Positions 1 to 13,130 of a stretch of DNA of 64,000 nt are shown piece after piece. Under the pieces are notes generated by a model. That model ran no database searches. It was not told the origin of the DNA and was given only the letters and a program-made list of their open reading frames with translations. Position 1 is the stretch's first letter; each line of letters opens with the position of its first letter. The DNA is from the human T2T-CHM13v2.0 reference genome, Homo sapiens, in assembly GCF_009914755.1 (NCBI RefSeq), contig NC_060944.1. One strand, written 5' to 3'. The translations under genes were made by a program, and so were the position numbers.

Positions 1-1292
1 CATTGTATCAGGCATCAGTACTTTGACTGGATAATATTCCATTGTATGTGTATAGCACAAGTGGTTTATCCATTCATATACTGATGAACATTTGGGCTGT
101 TTCCACTTTTTGGCTATTGTTAACAGTGCTGTTATAAATGTACATGTGCATGTATTTGTTTGAGTACTTGTTTTCATTTCTAGAAGTAGAATTGATGAAT
201 CATATGGTAATTCTACATTTAACTCTTTGAGAAACTGCCCAAGTCACTGTCAGAATGGCTGAACCATTTTACATGCTCACCAGCAATGCACAAGGCTTCC
301 ATTTTCTCCACATCCATGCTGAAATTCATTCTTTTCTTTTCTTTTTTTTGAATTATAGCCATTCTGGTGAGTGTGAAGCAGTAACTCATCGTAGTTTTGA
401 TTTCTCTTGTGACTTATGCTGTTGAACATCTTCTCATGTGCCTATTGCCCATTTGTGTATCTACTTTGTCTGTCAATCCTTTGTCCATTTTAAAATTGGA
501 TTGTTTGTATTTTGGTTATCAAAATGTAAAAGTTTTTATACAGTCTAAATACTAGACCCTTACCAGATATATAATTTGAAGATATTTCTCCCATTCTGTA
601 GGCTATATTTTCACTTTCTTATTAATTTCCTTTGACCCAAAAAAGTTTTAAATTTTGATATAGTTTAATTAATTTATTTATTTTACTTTTGTTGCTTTGG
701 CTTTCAGCATTTTATCTAAGAATCTATTCTCAAATCAAAGTCATGGAAATTTACCCCTATGTTTTTCTCTGTCTATTTAGATTTTTGATCTATTTTTGAG
801 TGAATTTTTGCCTATGGTGTGAGGTAAGGATCCAACTTTACTTTTTTGTAGGTGGCTGTCCAGTTGTTTCATCATTATTTGTTGAAGAAACTATTATTTC
901 CCCACTTATTAGTCATGGAACTCTTGTCAAAAATCAATTGGCCATAGACATATGGATTACTTTGGACTCTCTATTTTATTCCATTGGTCTATATGTCTAT
1001 CCTCATGCTAGTGTCATTGTTCTGATTTCTGTTGTTTTGCAATAACTTTAGACATTAGGAAGTGTGAGTCTTCCAACTTTGTTCTCCTTTACTAAGATTG
1101 TTTTCACTATTTAGGACACTTTACAATTCCGTACATATTTAAAGGTAAGCTTTTTCATTTCTCTAGTAAAGACCATTTAAATTTTGATATCAATTTTTGT
1201 GTTGGATATATAGATCAATTTATGAAGTTTAAAAATATCTATTTAAAAAATAAGTTTCTAATTCATGAACATGGGGTACTTTCCATTTCTTT
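1..1292 (-). mobile_element. Old L1 (L1M-type) ORF2 3' region, antisense; continues after the L1PA insertion
   Basis: Degenerate antisense L1 ORF2 motifs (catttgggctgtttccac, ccagcaatgcacaagg, ttgtcaaaaatcaattg). The host sequence reads through if 1293-2486 is removed. Confidence 0.8.
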
Positions 1293-2475
1293 TTATTATT
1301 ACTATTATACTTTAAGTCCTAGGGTACATGTGCACAACGTGCACATCTGTTACATATGTATACATGTGTCATGTTGCTGTGCTGCACCCACTGACTCGTC
1401 ATTTACATTAGGTATTCCTGCTAATGCTATCCCTCCCCCATATCCCCCCCCCCATGACAGGTCCTGGTGTATAATGTTCCCCACCCTGTGTCCAAGTGTT
1501 CTCATTGTTCAATTCTCATCTATGAGTGAGAACATGCGGTGTTTGGTTTTCTGTCCTTGCAATAGTTTGCTCAGAATGATGGTTTCCAGCTTCATCCATG
1601 TCCCTACAAAGGACATGAACTCATCCTTTTTTATGGCTGCATAGTATTCCATGGTGTACATGTGCCACATTTTCTTAAACCAGTTTATCATTGATAGACA
1701 TTTGGGTTGGCTACAAGTCTTTGCTATTGTGAATAGTGCTGCAATAAACATACATGTGCATGTATATTTATAGTAGCATGATTTATAATCCTTTGGGTAC
1801 ATACCCAGTAATGGGATCTCTGGGTCAAATGGTATTTCTAGTTCTAGATCCTTGAGGAATCACTACTCTGTTTTCCACAATGGTTGAACTAGTTTACACT
1901 CCCCGAACAGTGTAAAAGTGTTCCTAATTCTCCACATCCTCTCCAGCACCTGTTGTTTCCTGACTTTTTAATGATTGCCATTCTAACTGGTGTGAGATGT
2001 TATCTCATTGTGGTTTTGATTTGCATTTCTCTGATGACCAGTGATGATGAGCATTTTTTCATGTGTCTGTTGGCTGCATAAATGTCTTCTTTTGAGAAGT
2101 GTCTGTTCATATCCTTTGCCCACTTTTTGATGGGGTTGTTTGATTTTTTCTTGTCAATTTGTTTAAGTTCTTTGTATATTCTGGATAAACTGAAACTGGA
2201 TCCCTTCCTTACACCTTACACAAAAATTAATTCAAGATGGATTAAAGACTTAAATGTTAGACCTAAAACCATAAAATCCCTAGAAGAAAACCTAGGCAAT
2301 ACCATTCAGGACATAGGCATGGGCAAGGACTTCATGACTAAAACACCAAAAGCAATGGCAACAAAAGCCAAAATAGACAAATGGGATCTAATTTAACTAA
2401 AGAGCTTCTGCACAGCAAAAGAAACTACCATCAGAGTGAACAGGCAACCTACAGAATGGGAGAAAATTTTTGCAA
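1293..2475 (-). mobile_element. 5'-truncated, 5'-inverted (twin-primed) L1PA5/6-like element
   Basis: Antisense L1 3'UTR/ORF2 end at 1293-2187 is joined to sense-oriented ORF2 at 2188-2477. TSD tccatttcttt at 1282-1292 and 2476-2486. Confidence 0.92.
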
Positions 2476-3296
2476 TCCATTTCTTTAGATCTCTAATTTC
2501 TAGTTTTGGGGAGAGTTTTATAAATGTTCGGTAAAATTCATCTGTAAAGGCATCTGATCCTTGGCTTTTCATTGTTGGAAATTTTTGTTGTTGTTATTTG
2601 TTTATTTTAAATTACTGAGTCAATCTCTTTACTTATCAATCTGTTCAGATTTTTTGTTTTTTTTTGAATCAGTTTTGGTAATTTGTGTTTCTAAGAATTT
2701 GTCCATTTCAGACTGGTTATCTAATTTGTTGATGTATAACTGTTCTCAGTATTATCTTACAGTTTATTTCTGTTAGATTAGTGGCAATGTCCCCCTTTTC
2801 ACTTCTGATTTTATTTGTTCTTTTTTTCTTTTTTGCCAGTCTAGCCAAAGTTTTGTCAATGTCGTCGATGTTTTAAAAAAATCAACTTGGTTTCGTTAAT
2901 TCTTTCTATTGTTTTCCTATTCCCTATTTCATTTACTGCAACTCTACTCTGATTATTTCCTTCTTTCTAGTATCTTTCAGTTTAATTTTCTCTTCTTGTT
3001 CTAGTTTCTTAAGGTGTAAGTTTAGGTACTGATTTAGATCTTTCTTCTTTTTTAATGTGGGCATTTACTGCAATAAATTTCCCTCTTAAATACTGTGTGG
3101 GATATATTCTATTAGTTTTGTTATATTTTGTTTTGATTCATCTTCAAGTATTTTTATGGCCCTTGTTATATCTTCTTTGACTCACTGGTTGTTTAAGAGT
3201 GTATTGTTTAGTATCCACATGTTTGCGAATTTCCCAGTTTTCCTTCTGCTGTTGATTTTAACTTCATTCCATTATGGTCAAAAAAGACATTTTGTA

Positions 3297-3600
3297 GGCC
3301 AGGTGTGGTGGCTCATGCCTGTAATCCCAGTACTTTGGGAGGCTGAGGCAGGCGGATCACGAGGTCAGGGTTTCGAGACCAACCTGTCCAACATGGTGAA
3401 ACCCTGTCTCTACTAAAGATACAAAAAAAAAAAAAAATTAGTCTGGTGTGGTGGCTTGAACCTGTAATCTCAGCTACTCAGGAGGCTGAGGCAGGAGAAT
3501 CGCTTGAACCTGGAAGGCGGAGGTTGCCGTGAGCCAAGATCTTGCCATTGCACTACAGCCTGCGTGACAGGGCAAGACTTCATCTCAAAAGAAAAAAAAA
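3297..3600 (+). mobile_element. AluS (Sg-like), full length
   Basis: ggccaggtgtggtggctcatgcctgtaatcccag... with A-tail; TSD aaaagacattttgta / aaaagatattttgta. Confidence 0.95.
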
Positions 3601-3895
3601 AGATATTTTGTATAATGTCAACTCTTTTAACATTATTGAGACTTGTTTTGTGACCTAACCTATAATTTGTCCTAAAGAATACCATGTACAAATATGAATA
3701 ATACATATTTTGTTGTTAGAATATGTATTGGGTGGAGTATTCTGTATGTGTTAGGTCTAGTTGTTCAAGTCTTCTATTTTCTTATTCGTTTTCTGTTTAT
3801 ATTTTATCCATGATTTAAAGTGGGGTATTGAAGTCTCTATTACTGCAGAACTATCTATTTCTCCTTCAATTTTGTCAGTGTTTGCTTCATATACT

Positions 3896-4351
3896 TGAGG
3901 TGTTCTGTGAAAGGGCTGTGTATACAACATGATCTCCAAATGCAGATTGAGCCAAGAAATGAAAAAATGAGTCAGACAAATCCAGTTTGTCAGTAAATGG
4001 TGATTTATTAGAGGACTTACAGACAGAAATGTGGTCTTGGGTGGCTGCAAGCCAGGAAGAATTCTGCAGTGCAACCCTCTAGGCCCAGGGCTTATATATC
4101 TTGGGTGGGGGGTAAGTACATATCCCTGGAAGAAATGTGTAGGTGACTTAAAGAATACTACTGGCATCACAACCTATGATGCATCCAACATCAAGGGCTG
4201 TTTTGGAGGAAAGGTGAAACTTACAATAAATAGGTATTTCTACATAGGGAGTAATATATCAATGAGACATCTTGGAGGAATTCCCAGATTCAAAGTTAGT
4301 CAGGAGTCACATGGCAGATTAGCATCTAAAATAGAATCACTCTTGTCCCCA
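3896..4351 (-). mobile_element. Solo ERV LTR (LTR47-like)
   Basis: Minus strand starts tggggacaagagtgattctattttagatgctaatctgcc. TATA (tatataag) and AATAAA lie on the minus strand. It interrupts the host L1. Family name is from memory. Confidence 0.7.
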
Positions 4352-4519
4352 TATGGAGGCTCTGTTGTTTTGTGCATACATGTTTATAATTGTAACTTCT
4401 TGATGAATTGACTCTTTTACTGCTATATAATGTCCTTTTATCTTCTAACAATTTTTCACTTAGTGTCAAATTTGTTTTTTAGTATAGCCACTCTAGCTCC
4501 CTTTTTTCTGCTTTTTTAA

Positions 4520-5028
4520 GAAAAAAATTATTTCAATAGTTTTTGGGAAACAGGTGGTTTTCGTTACAAGATTAAGTTCTTTAGTGGTTATTTCTGATAT
4601 TTTGGTGCACCTGTCACACAAGCAGTGTACACTGTACCCAATATGCAGTCTTTTTTCCCTTACACCCATCTGAACCCTTCCCCTCAAGTCCTTAAAGTCC
4701 ATTATATCATTCTTATGCCTTTGCATCTTCATAGCTTAGCTCCCACATATAAGTGAGAACCTAAGATACTTGGTTTACCATCCATGAGTTACTTCACATA
4801 GAATAATGGTCTCCAACTCTGTCCAGGTTTCCACGAATGCCATTAAATTTGTTCCTTTTTATGGCTGAGTAGTATTTCATGATGTATATATACCATATTT
4901 TCTTTATCCACTCATTGGTTGTGGACATTTAGGATGGTTCCATATTTTTGCAGTTGTGTATTTTGCTGCTATAAACATGTGTGTGCAGGTGTCTTTTTCA
5001 TATAACAACTTCTTTTCCTTTGGGTAGG
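4520..5028 (-). mobile_element. L1PB-like 3' end fragment
   Basis: tttcaatagtttttgggaaacaggtggtttt...gcagtgtacactgtaccc resembles an L1PB 3'UTR in antisense. Confidence 0.8.
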
Positions 5029-5059
5029 TTTACAAAAACTATCTTTTTCCCGTTCTTTT

Positions 5060-7642
5060 ACTTATATATGCTTATTTATATATATTATATATACACTTTT
5101 AATATATACTTATTAATATATATTAATATAATATAATAATAATACAATATAATATATGTATATATGTAGGTATATAATAATATACCTACATATATACATA
5201 TATTATATATACTATCTGTATATTATATGTATAATATATGTATATATAATATATGTATATACTATACATGTATATATTATATTATACATGTATATATTAT
5301 AAGTATATACTATACATGCATGTATTATATGTATATACTATACATGCATGTATTATATGTATATATTATACATGCATGTATTATATGTATATATTATACA
5401 TGCATGTATTATATGTATATATTATACATGTATGTATTATATGTATAGATTATACATGTATATATTATATATGTATATATTACACATGTACATATATGTA
5501 TATATTAAACACGTTTATATTATTTATTATACATGACTATATTATATAGGTATATATGATATATGCATATATGTCATATAGGTATATATGACATATATGC
5601 ATATATCATGTAGGTATATATGACATATGCATATATCATATAGGTATATATGACATATGCATATATCATATAGGTATATATGATATATGCGCATATATCA
5701 TATAGGTATATATGATATATGCGCATATATCATATAGGTATATATGATATATGCGCATATATCATATAGGTATATATGATATATGCGCATATATCATATA
5801 GGTATATATGATATATGCGCATATATCATATAGGTATATATGATATATGCGCATATATCATATAGGTATATATGATATATGCGCATATATCATACAGGTA
5901 TATATGATATATGCGCATATATCATACAGGTATATGTGCATATATCATATAGGTATAGGTATAGGTAGATATATGATATATGCACACATATCATATAGGT
6001 ATATATGATATATGCGCATATATCATATAGGTATATATGATATATGATAGGTATATATGATATATGATAGGTATATATGATATATATCATATTGGTATAT
6101 ATGATATATATCATATCGGTATATATGATATATATCATATCGGTATATATAGGTATATATCATAGGTATATATAGGTATATATCACATAGGTATATATAG
6201 GTATATATCATATAGGTATATATAATATATGCATTTATATTATATAGGTATATATATTACATAGGTATATGTAATATGTGCATATATATTATATAGGTAT
6301 ATATATTATACAGGCATATATAATACGTATATATATTATATGGGCATATATATGTATATATATTATATAGGTATATATAATATATGTGTATATATTATGT
6401 GGGTATATATAATATATGTGTATATATTATGTGGGTATATATAATATATGTGTACATATTATGTGGGTATATATAATATATGTGTACATATTATGTGGGT
6501 ATATATAATATATGTGTATATATTATGTGGGTATATATAATATATGTGTATATATTATGTGGGTATATATAATATATGTGTATATATTATGTGGGTATAT
6601 ATAATATATGTGTATATATTATGTGGGTATATATAATATATGTGTATATATTATGTGGGTATATATAATATATGTGTATATATTATGTAGGTATATATAA
6701 TATATGTGTATATATTATGTAGGTATATATAATATATGTGTATATATTATGTAGGTATATATAATATATGTGTATATATTATGTAGGTATATATAATATA
6801 TGTGTATATATTATGTAGGTATATATAATATATGTGTATATATTATGTAGGTATATATAATATATGTGTATATATTATATATGTAATAGGAAGCAGGAAT
6901 GAATGCACAGAAGACCTTAGAGTTTAAGGCATTATTTGTGTAATGAGAAATATTATATATACGTATATTAATATAGACGTATATATAATATATACATATA
7001 TACATATATAGTATATACTATGTATACATATATACTATACATACGTATATTATATACATGTGTATTATATACATGTGTATTATATATATGTGTATACATA
7101 TATACTATATATACATACATTATATACATACATTATATATGTGTATTATATATGTATATATTATGTATGTATATATTATATATACGTATATATTAATATG
7201 CATATATATGTGTCTCTTTATACCAATAATGCCTTAAACTCTAAGGTCTTCTGTGCTTTCATTCCTGCTTCCTATTACATATATATTATATAGATACATA
7301 TATAATATATACATATATACTACATAATATATGCATATATAATATATACATATGTTGTATATGTATATATAATATATACATATGTTGTATATGTATATAT
7401 AATATATACATATGTTGTATATGTATATATAATATATACATATGTTGTATATGTATATATAATATATACATATGTTGTATATGTATATATAATATATACA
7501 TATGTTGTATATGTATATATAATATATACATATGTTGTATATGTATATATAATATATACATATGTTGTATATGTATTATATGTATATATTACATATTATA
7601 TATACTTATGTATGTATAATATATATATAATATATATATATC
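5060..7642. repeat. AT-rich minisatellite/low-complexity complex: 28-bp array (~5255-5490), 32-bp array (~5545-6030), second 32-bp array (~6360-6875), 30-bp array (~7340-7575)
   Basis: Units read directly: atatattatacatgcatgtattatatgt; taggtatatatgatatatgcgcatatatcata; gggtatatataatatatgtgtatatattatgt; aatatatacatatgttgtatatgtatatat. Confidence 0.97.
6881..7280. repeat. Inverted repeat with 68-bp complex arms (6881-6948 and 7213-7280), 64/68 identical
   Basis: atgtaataggaagcaggaatgaatgcacagaagaccttagagtttaaggcattatt... is the reverse complement of ...aataatgccttaaactctaaggtcttctgtgctttcattcctgcttcctattacat. Confidence 0.97.
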
Positions 7643-8510
7643 TTAGGCAACTTTTCATTGCTCATTTTTATTAAACCCTGAAAACTTTCACTTTACTCCA
7701 TTTCTAAGTTTGATATTCTGGTAGAATTAAAGTAAGAGTTTTCTTTCTTTCATCTCCTTTTTATCTCTCTCATATTGATTTCTTTTAATGGAAAATTTTT
7801 TTATTTATTATTTTATCGTTCCGATAGACTTTGCCGAGCATCTCTCCTCAAATCTGTATCCAGATTATTTCCTCAATTGTCTTAAGTTGGCTGTGCTATA
7901 TCATTAGTTTATGTCTTTTTATCTTCCCATGTAAATACTTTACTAATTCTGGGACCAGAATAGATATCTTTGTATGTGTTTTAGTTAGCTATTGCTGTAT
8001 AATTCCAGTATCCATAGGCGCACTTTGTTAAAGAGTGGCTCATCCGTCTATGGTCACATGAAAGGAAGTACAATTCAGGGTTCTTCTAACCATCCCTGTC
8101 CCACAGATCTTCCAAGGAGACAATGTGGTCTCATCATGCCTTCACAATCATTGGTGTAATGATTTCCATATTTCACAGAAAACCCAATGCAAGGCAAAAG
8201 AGCTTGGTTGAGTCACCCCAAGTGACAAAGTCATACTTAAGCTTCTGGTTTCAGTCAGTCATCTTTGCTGAGAGGTTGGAGAACACATACTAGTTAAGAC
8301 AAATAAATAGCAATTTAAACTTTGGACATGCTTTCTTCTCTTAGCTATGGGAGGGACACATGTTTGGAGAAAAATCGAAGCATGTCAGGAGGGATGTAAA
8401 AACATTTTTATTTCTAATCAACAAGTTTATAATGCTTTAAATGCTTTTGGTTTGTAACAAGTTAAAAATGAATGTCTATTTGTTTTTTTTAAAATCTGTC
8501 TTCTTTGCAG

Positions 8511-8567
8511 TATGATTTCCTTGGTGTTAGAAGAAAAAAAACTGTGCCTTATGAAAATATAGATTAA
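8511..8567 (+). CDS. Putative terminal coding exon of an unidentified gene (phase 0: YDFLGVRRKKTVPYENID*)
   Basis: Strong acceptor tgtttttttt aaaatctgtcttctttgcag| followed by a short open frame ending TAA, then about 1.7 kb of largely repeat-free AT-rich 3'UTR-like sequence. Phase is not proven; an alternative frame gives MISLVLEEKKLCLMKI*. Confidence 0.5.
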   Translation, partial: YDFLGVRRKKTVPYENID

Positions 8568-10276
8568 AAATGTCTAAAGATGTAGTTATTAGACATTTTT
8601 CTTCAAATGCAACAATATGTAGTTAATCAAAAGATAATTACGTTTCCTGAAAAATTACTTTTCCTATTAATTCAGTGTTTTTAAAAAGACTTTGTATAGT
8701 ATGGCCTAATTAAAACAATATACACAGTCTTGCTAGATGCTTTGCCAGAGACATTTCATTGAAGTGGTGACATTTCTATTCAGCTATCATTAGCAGGACT
8801 GAGGGGCATCTAGAGTCATTTCACTTTTCCAATTCTAGTGAAGTCTGAAACTAATTTAGGGTTAAACGAAAAAAGCTTCAAAAAAGGCCAAGAACAAGTA
8901 TAAGCAGCCATGGGCACAGTGGAGCCAGGTTAGAAGGGAGTCCTAAATTTCAGGACAATAATTAGGAACAACCATTTGTCTTCTAGAGATGTTTTGGGAA
9001 ACCAAGGTCCTATAGCAGAAAAATTTCTTAGGATTCAGATAAAATCCTGAGTCATCTAGGAACAGAATACTCACACCAGCTTTTCTTATAAAAATGAACA
9101 CTCCTTCCCTATTGCACTCCCACAGCCTCATGCCCATATCAACAGTTGTCCCAAGTAGGCCTGTGTCAGCTCAGTTCTTGGGTTCTGGTTGTAGGGCTCC
9201 CTGAGTCAAATTATAACTCAGTGGGCTTTACTGATTATTGACTCTCCACAATTTGTGGCCTCAGGTGAGGCCTAACTTGAACTAGAGTCACCACCAGCAT
9301 ATTTTTTAAACAGTCCAAGAAGAGGCTAAAAGCTACAGTATGGGGTGACAAATGGAGGTCTTCTTTAATGACCTTCTAGAGTTTCATTTAACTAGGGGAT
9401 TTCTCAGTCAGTGGCATGAGATCAGAGAGATTTTTGAAGACAAAGTGTAATTAATAGAGTGGGCCATGGACATAAGAGAGAAAGCAACTTCCCAATTTTG
9501 TATACTGTGCACTATTTCTGCATATTTATGATGCTTAAGTTAGAGTGCTGAGTGTCAAATTCATATGTAAAAATTTAAACCACATGACCTGTGAATTGGC
9601 AAGTTTTTGAAAGAATTCTGTTTAATGTATTTGAATCTCATATATACTTCAGTTTGAAACTCCTGTTGAGTGTTTATTAGTTCTGTTCAGTAAAGTGTTA
9701 CATGAAGATAAATATTAATTTTCCCTGCAAAAAAGTAGCAAAATATAAACTGTAGATCAAATACTGGCCAATTTGTCAAAAACATTTTTGTGTAAAAGAA
9801 CATTAAAGCTTAATAGATGAATTGAACAATATAATTGGTTGAATAGTTTCCTTCAAAATAACATAAACACATATGTTGGTAGGAATCACATGAATAACCA
9901 AGTATCACATAAAAGCCTTTATAAGATGGGCAAGGTTATGCTATAAATAGTTTAAGATGAGTTTTCCTTTGACGACTCTGTTTTGTTATCTGGTATTAAA
10001 TAGTTTTTATTCTGTAACTTTGGGTCTGCTCCCTATTACCAAATATTTATTGTGTTTTCACTTAAAGTAAACTTGACTTTAAAAAGAAATCATAAGAAAA
10101 AAATTTTGTTTTTGTTGGTTTCTTTTTGTAAATGAATATTTACCCAAATCATAGATTCTCTCTTTGAACTACAGAGGCTTCAAATGGGAGAAATCCTCCA
10201 AGCCATGGCATATTTTTATGGTGTAACTACTCACTCAAATGTCTTTCCAAAGTATGTATTATAATAATCATTCACA

Positions 10277-10294
10277 AATAAATGAATAAATAAA
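10277..10294 (+). terminator. Clustered AATAAA polyadenylation signals (candidate end of 3'UTR)
   Basis: aataaatgaataaataaa followed by GT/T-rich sequence (catgtgtgtatatattttgt). Confidence 0.35.
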
Positions 10295-13130
10295 CACAAA
10301 TGCATGCTCATGTAACATGTGTGTATATATTTTGTCCAAGTGTGTGGGACATCTTTTTAAAAAGATTCATGGTTGACTAAGAATGCCCACTTTTTTAGAG
10401 CAACTAAAGTTGTAGGCATTTTCTGAGATATAATTTGATTGTCTGACATTCATGATTGCTTCTTTGATGTATTAAATTTGGTTATTTATCTGAAAAATTT
10501 AAAAAGACAATAGAATGCTATTCATGAGATGCTCTAATTATGACACATTTACTGAAATGTTTATTAAGCTTATTAAACTAAAATAATTACTGATTACTGT
10601 AATACAGCCCACACTAAAATTTTATGTTTCCTTTAACTCAGCAAATAATTTCTAGAATATTATCCCATGAATACTTGTAGAACTTTGATGGTAACACTGT
10701 TTATCTCATCCCTAATTATGGAAGCAAAGGGTGAAAATATAAAGGTCCAAAAATAGAGAATTAGTTAGATATTATGTGATAAAAGATAATATTCACAATG
10801 CCATATTAAGTAAAAAGTTGGTCGTATGTGCATCAAATAACCAAAAGTAGGTTATTTGCAATTCTTGGAATTGATGTATTCAACGTTCATCTAAATCCCA
10901 AATGTAACGAATTGCACCTGCATGTCTGTGTGGATATATATGTATACATATATATGGGTAATTATGTGCATTATATACTTATATATTTAAAAGTAGTATT
11001 TATTGTTAATATTGTAAATATTCCCTAACAAAAATGCAAATATTGCTAATAATGTGAAAATCCATGAATACTTCTGGTAGCACACAGAAAACAAGAAAAT
11101 GAATGGTTGGCACCACTGGAAAATGATGTTTTGTTACCCAAGGACTTGCTGTCATTATGTTTTCTGAGAGAAAATTAATTTTTGTCTTGTACTTACTTAT
11201 TTTGACTAAATGCTTCCACTGCTTAAAACTCTCTGTGTTCTGAAGCCATGTCTATCTCTAACGTTGACAGAAGCACAGCATGCAGATCTTCATTGCCTTT
11301 CCATGCAGTCACCCTTTGCTTTGAAGACATAAGGCAAAAAATGGAGAGAAGCATTTACCTGGGGCCTCAACTACATTAGTCCTAAGGTGGCTGCTTAGGG
11401 TCATGTTCTGATTAAGGTGCCCTATATTTATTAACTTGGGCTTTTTTTGGTGTGATATTTGGGGCGTATACTTTAAAGTATACGCATATGGCAGAAGTCT
11501 CTTTTGCCCAGGCAGAAGGGTATGCTGTTTATATGTAATACTTAAGCCCATTGGCTAGAGACATTGTTCTTTAATATTTTTCCATATCTTTTTATGTCTT
11601 CTTTCATCCTTTTATTTTCAATGGATTTTTATCTCTGAATATAAAGTGTGTCTCTTATAGACAGCATATAGATGGATCATTTTTTAAAGTACTGTGTGAC
11701 AAAATCTAACTTTTGATTGTTTACTCCATTCACATTTAGTTCTATTATTGACATAGTAGGATTTTTATGTGCCATTTTAGTTTTTGTTTTCTATGTCTCA
11801 TGCAATTTTTATTCCTTTATTCTTCCTTCACTGCTTGTTTTTGCATTAAGTGGATGTTTTCTAATGTAGCATTTTAGTTTATCTAATATTTATTTCATTA
11901 AAGTTTTGAGGTTTTTTTTAAAATAGTTCCTCTAGGGTTTACCACATGTATCTTAATTTATCAGAATCACCTTCAGATTTTCACTTTCTTAATTGCAGTT
12001 ATATATGGAAACATTAAATGGAATAATGATTCCATTAGAGCTTTATTTCATTTTCCCCTTTTTTGGTATTATTTTTATATATATCATTACCTCTATTGAT
12101 ATTACAAACCAACAATGCATTGTTATAGTTATTGATTTACCATCTATCCTAACACAGTTTTGCTCCCTGTCACCTCTGTTGTGCTAGTATCGGCAAATAT
12201 ATTATCCATATGTTGCATATTTATATGTGATAAGCCCAAAATTACATTGCACATATACATATTATTTTATACAATTGATTTTAAATAACATACAAGAAAT
12301 GATAAAATGTGCTTTTATGCTGTTTTATAAAATTACAAAATTATCTTTACCAACGTTCTTTGTTTGTGTGTGTGTGTGAATTCAAATTAGTGTCTAGGGT
12401 TACTTACTTTTTGTCTGAAGGACTTTCTTCAGTATGTCTTGTAAGATTAATCTGGTAGCAACAAATGACCAGTTTTTATTTATTTTAGAAAGTCTTACTT
12501 CACTCTCATTTTCGAAAGATAATGAAATGTAGCTTTGCCGGATGTAGAATTATTGGTTGAATTTTTTGTTTTCGGCACTTTGACTGTTTCATCCCACTGC
12601 TTTCTGTCTTTCACTGTTTCTGTTGAGAAGTCAGCTGTTAATATTATTGGGGTTCCATCGTAAGTGATGAGCTTTTCTCCTTCTGCATTCAGGGTTTTCT
12701 TCTTGCCTTTGACTTTCAGCATTTTTACTATGATGTATCTGTTTGTTGATCTCTTGTGTTTGTCCTAGTTGAATATTCTAGATGTGTGAGTTAGTGTTTC
12801 TCAATAAATTTGAGAAGCTTTCTGACAGTGTTTTCTTGAATTTTTTTCTTCCTTTTTTTCTCTCTACACCTTCAGGTATGCCTACATGGTACAGGTGACA
12901 TTGTCCCATATTTTTCTCAGTCTGCCATCATTTTTCTTTATTCCTTTTTATCTCTGTTCTTCAGCTTGTATAATCTCTATAAATTTATGCTCAAGTTCAC
13001 CAATTTTCTCTTTTGTCAGTTTAAATCTCTGTTGAATCACCTAGTGAATTTTAAAATTTCAGTTATTATATTTTTCAACTCCAGAATTTCCATTTCATTC
13101 TCTTTTATAATTTATTTCTATTTATTAACA

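Larger units (their letters stand above)
2487..4510 (-). mobile_element. Old L1M ORF2 remnant (host of the Alu and LTR below)
   Basis: T-rich antisense L1 ORF2-like sequence, e.g. ctaagaatttgtccatttc and gcaataaatttccctctt. Confidence 0.75.

Noticed and set aside
2082-2396. 104-aa ORF joining antisense and sense L1 sequence
   Set aside because: It is a by-product of the twin-priming inversion junction.
5227-7561. Many Y/I/M/H-rich ORFs on both strands, including the repeated peptide YTNNALNSKVFCAFIPASYY
   Set aside because: They are translations of AT-rich tandem repeats; the repeated peptide only reflects the inverted duplication.
5545-7575. 30-32 bp periodic arrays as CRISPR-like repeats
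   Set aside because: The units are head-to-tail with no unique spacers, there are no cas genes, and the context is a primate genome.
8107-8300. Acceptor-like ctaaccatccctgtcccacag with open frames
   Set aside because: There is no convincing donor and the downstream sequence looks MIR-derived.
8511-8567. Assigning a gene symbol to the candidate terminal exon
   Set aside because: I do not recognise the peptide; a database search is needed.
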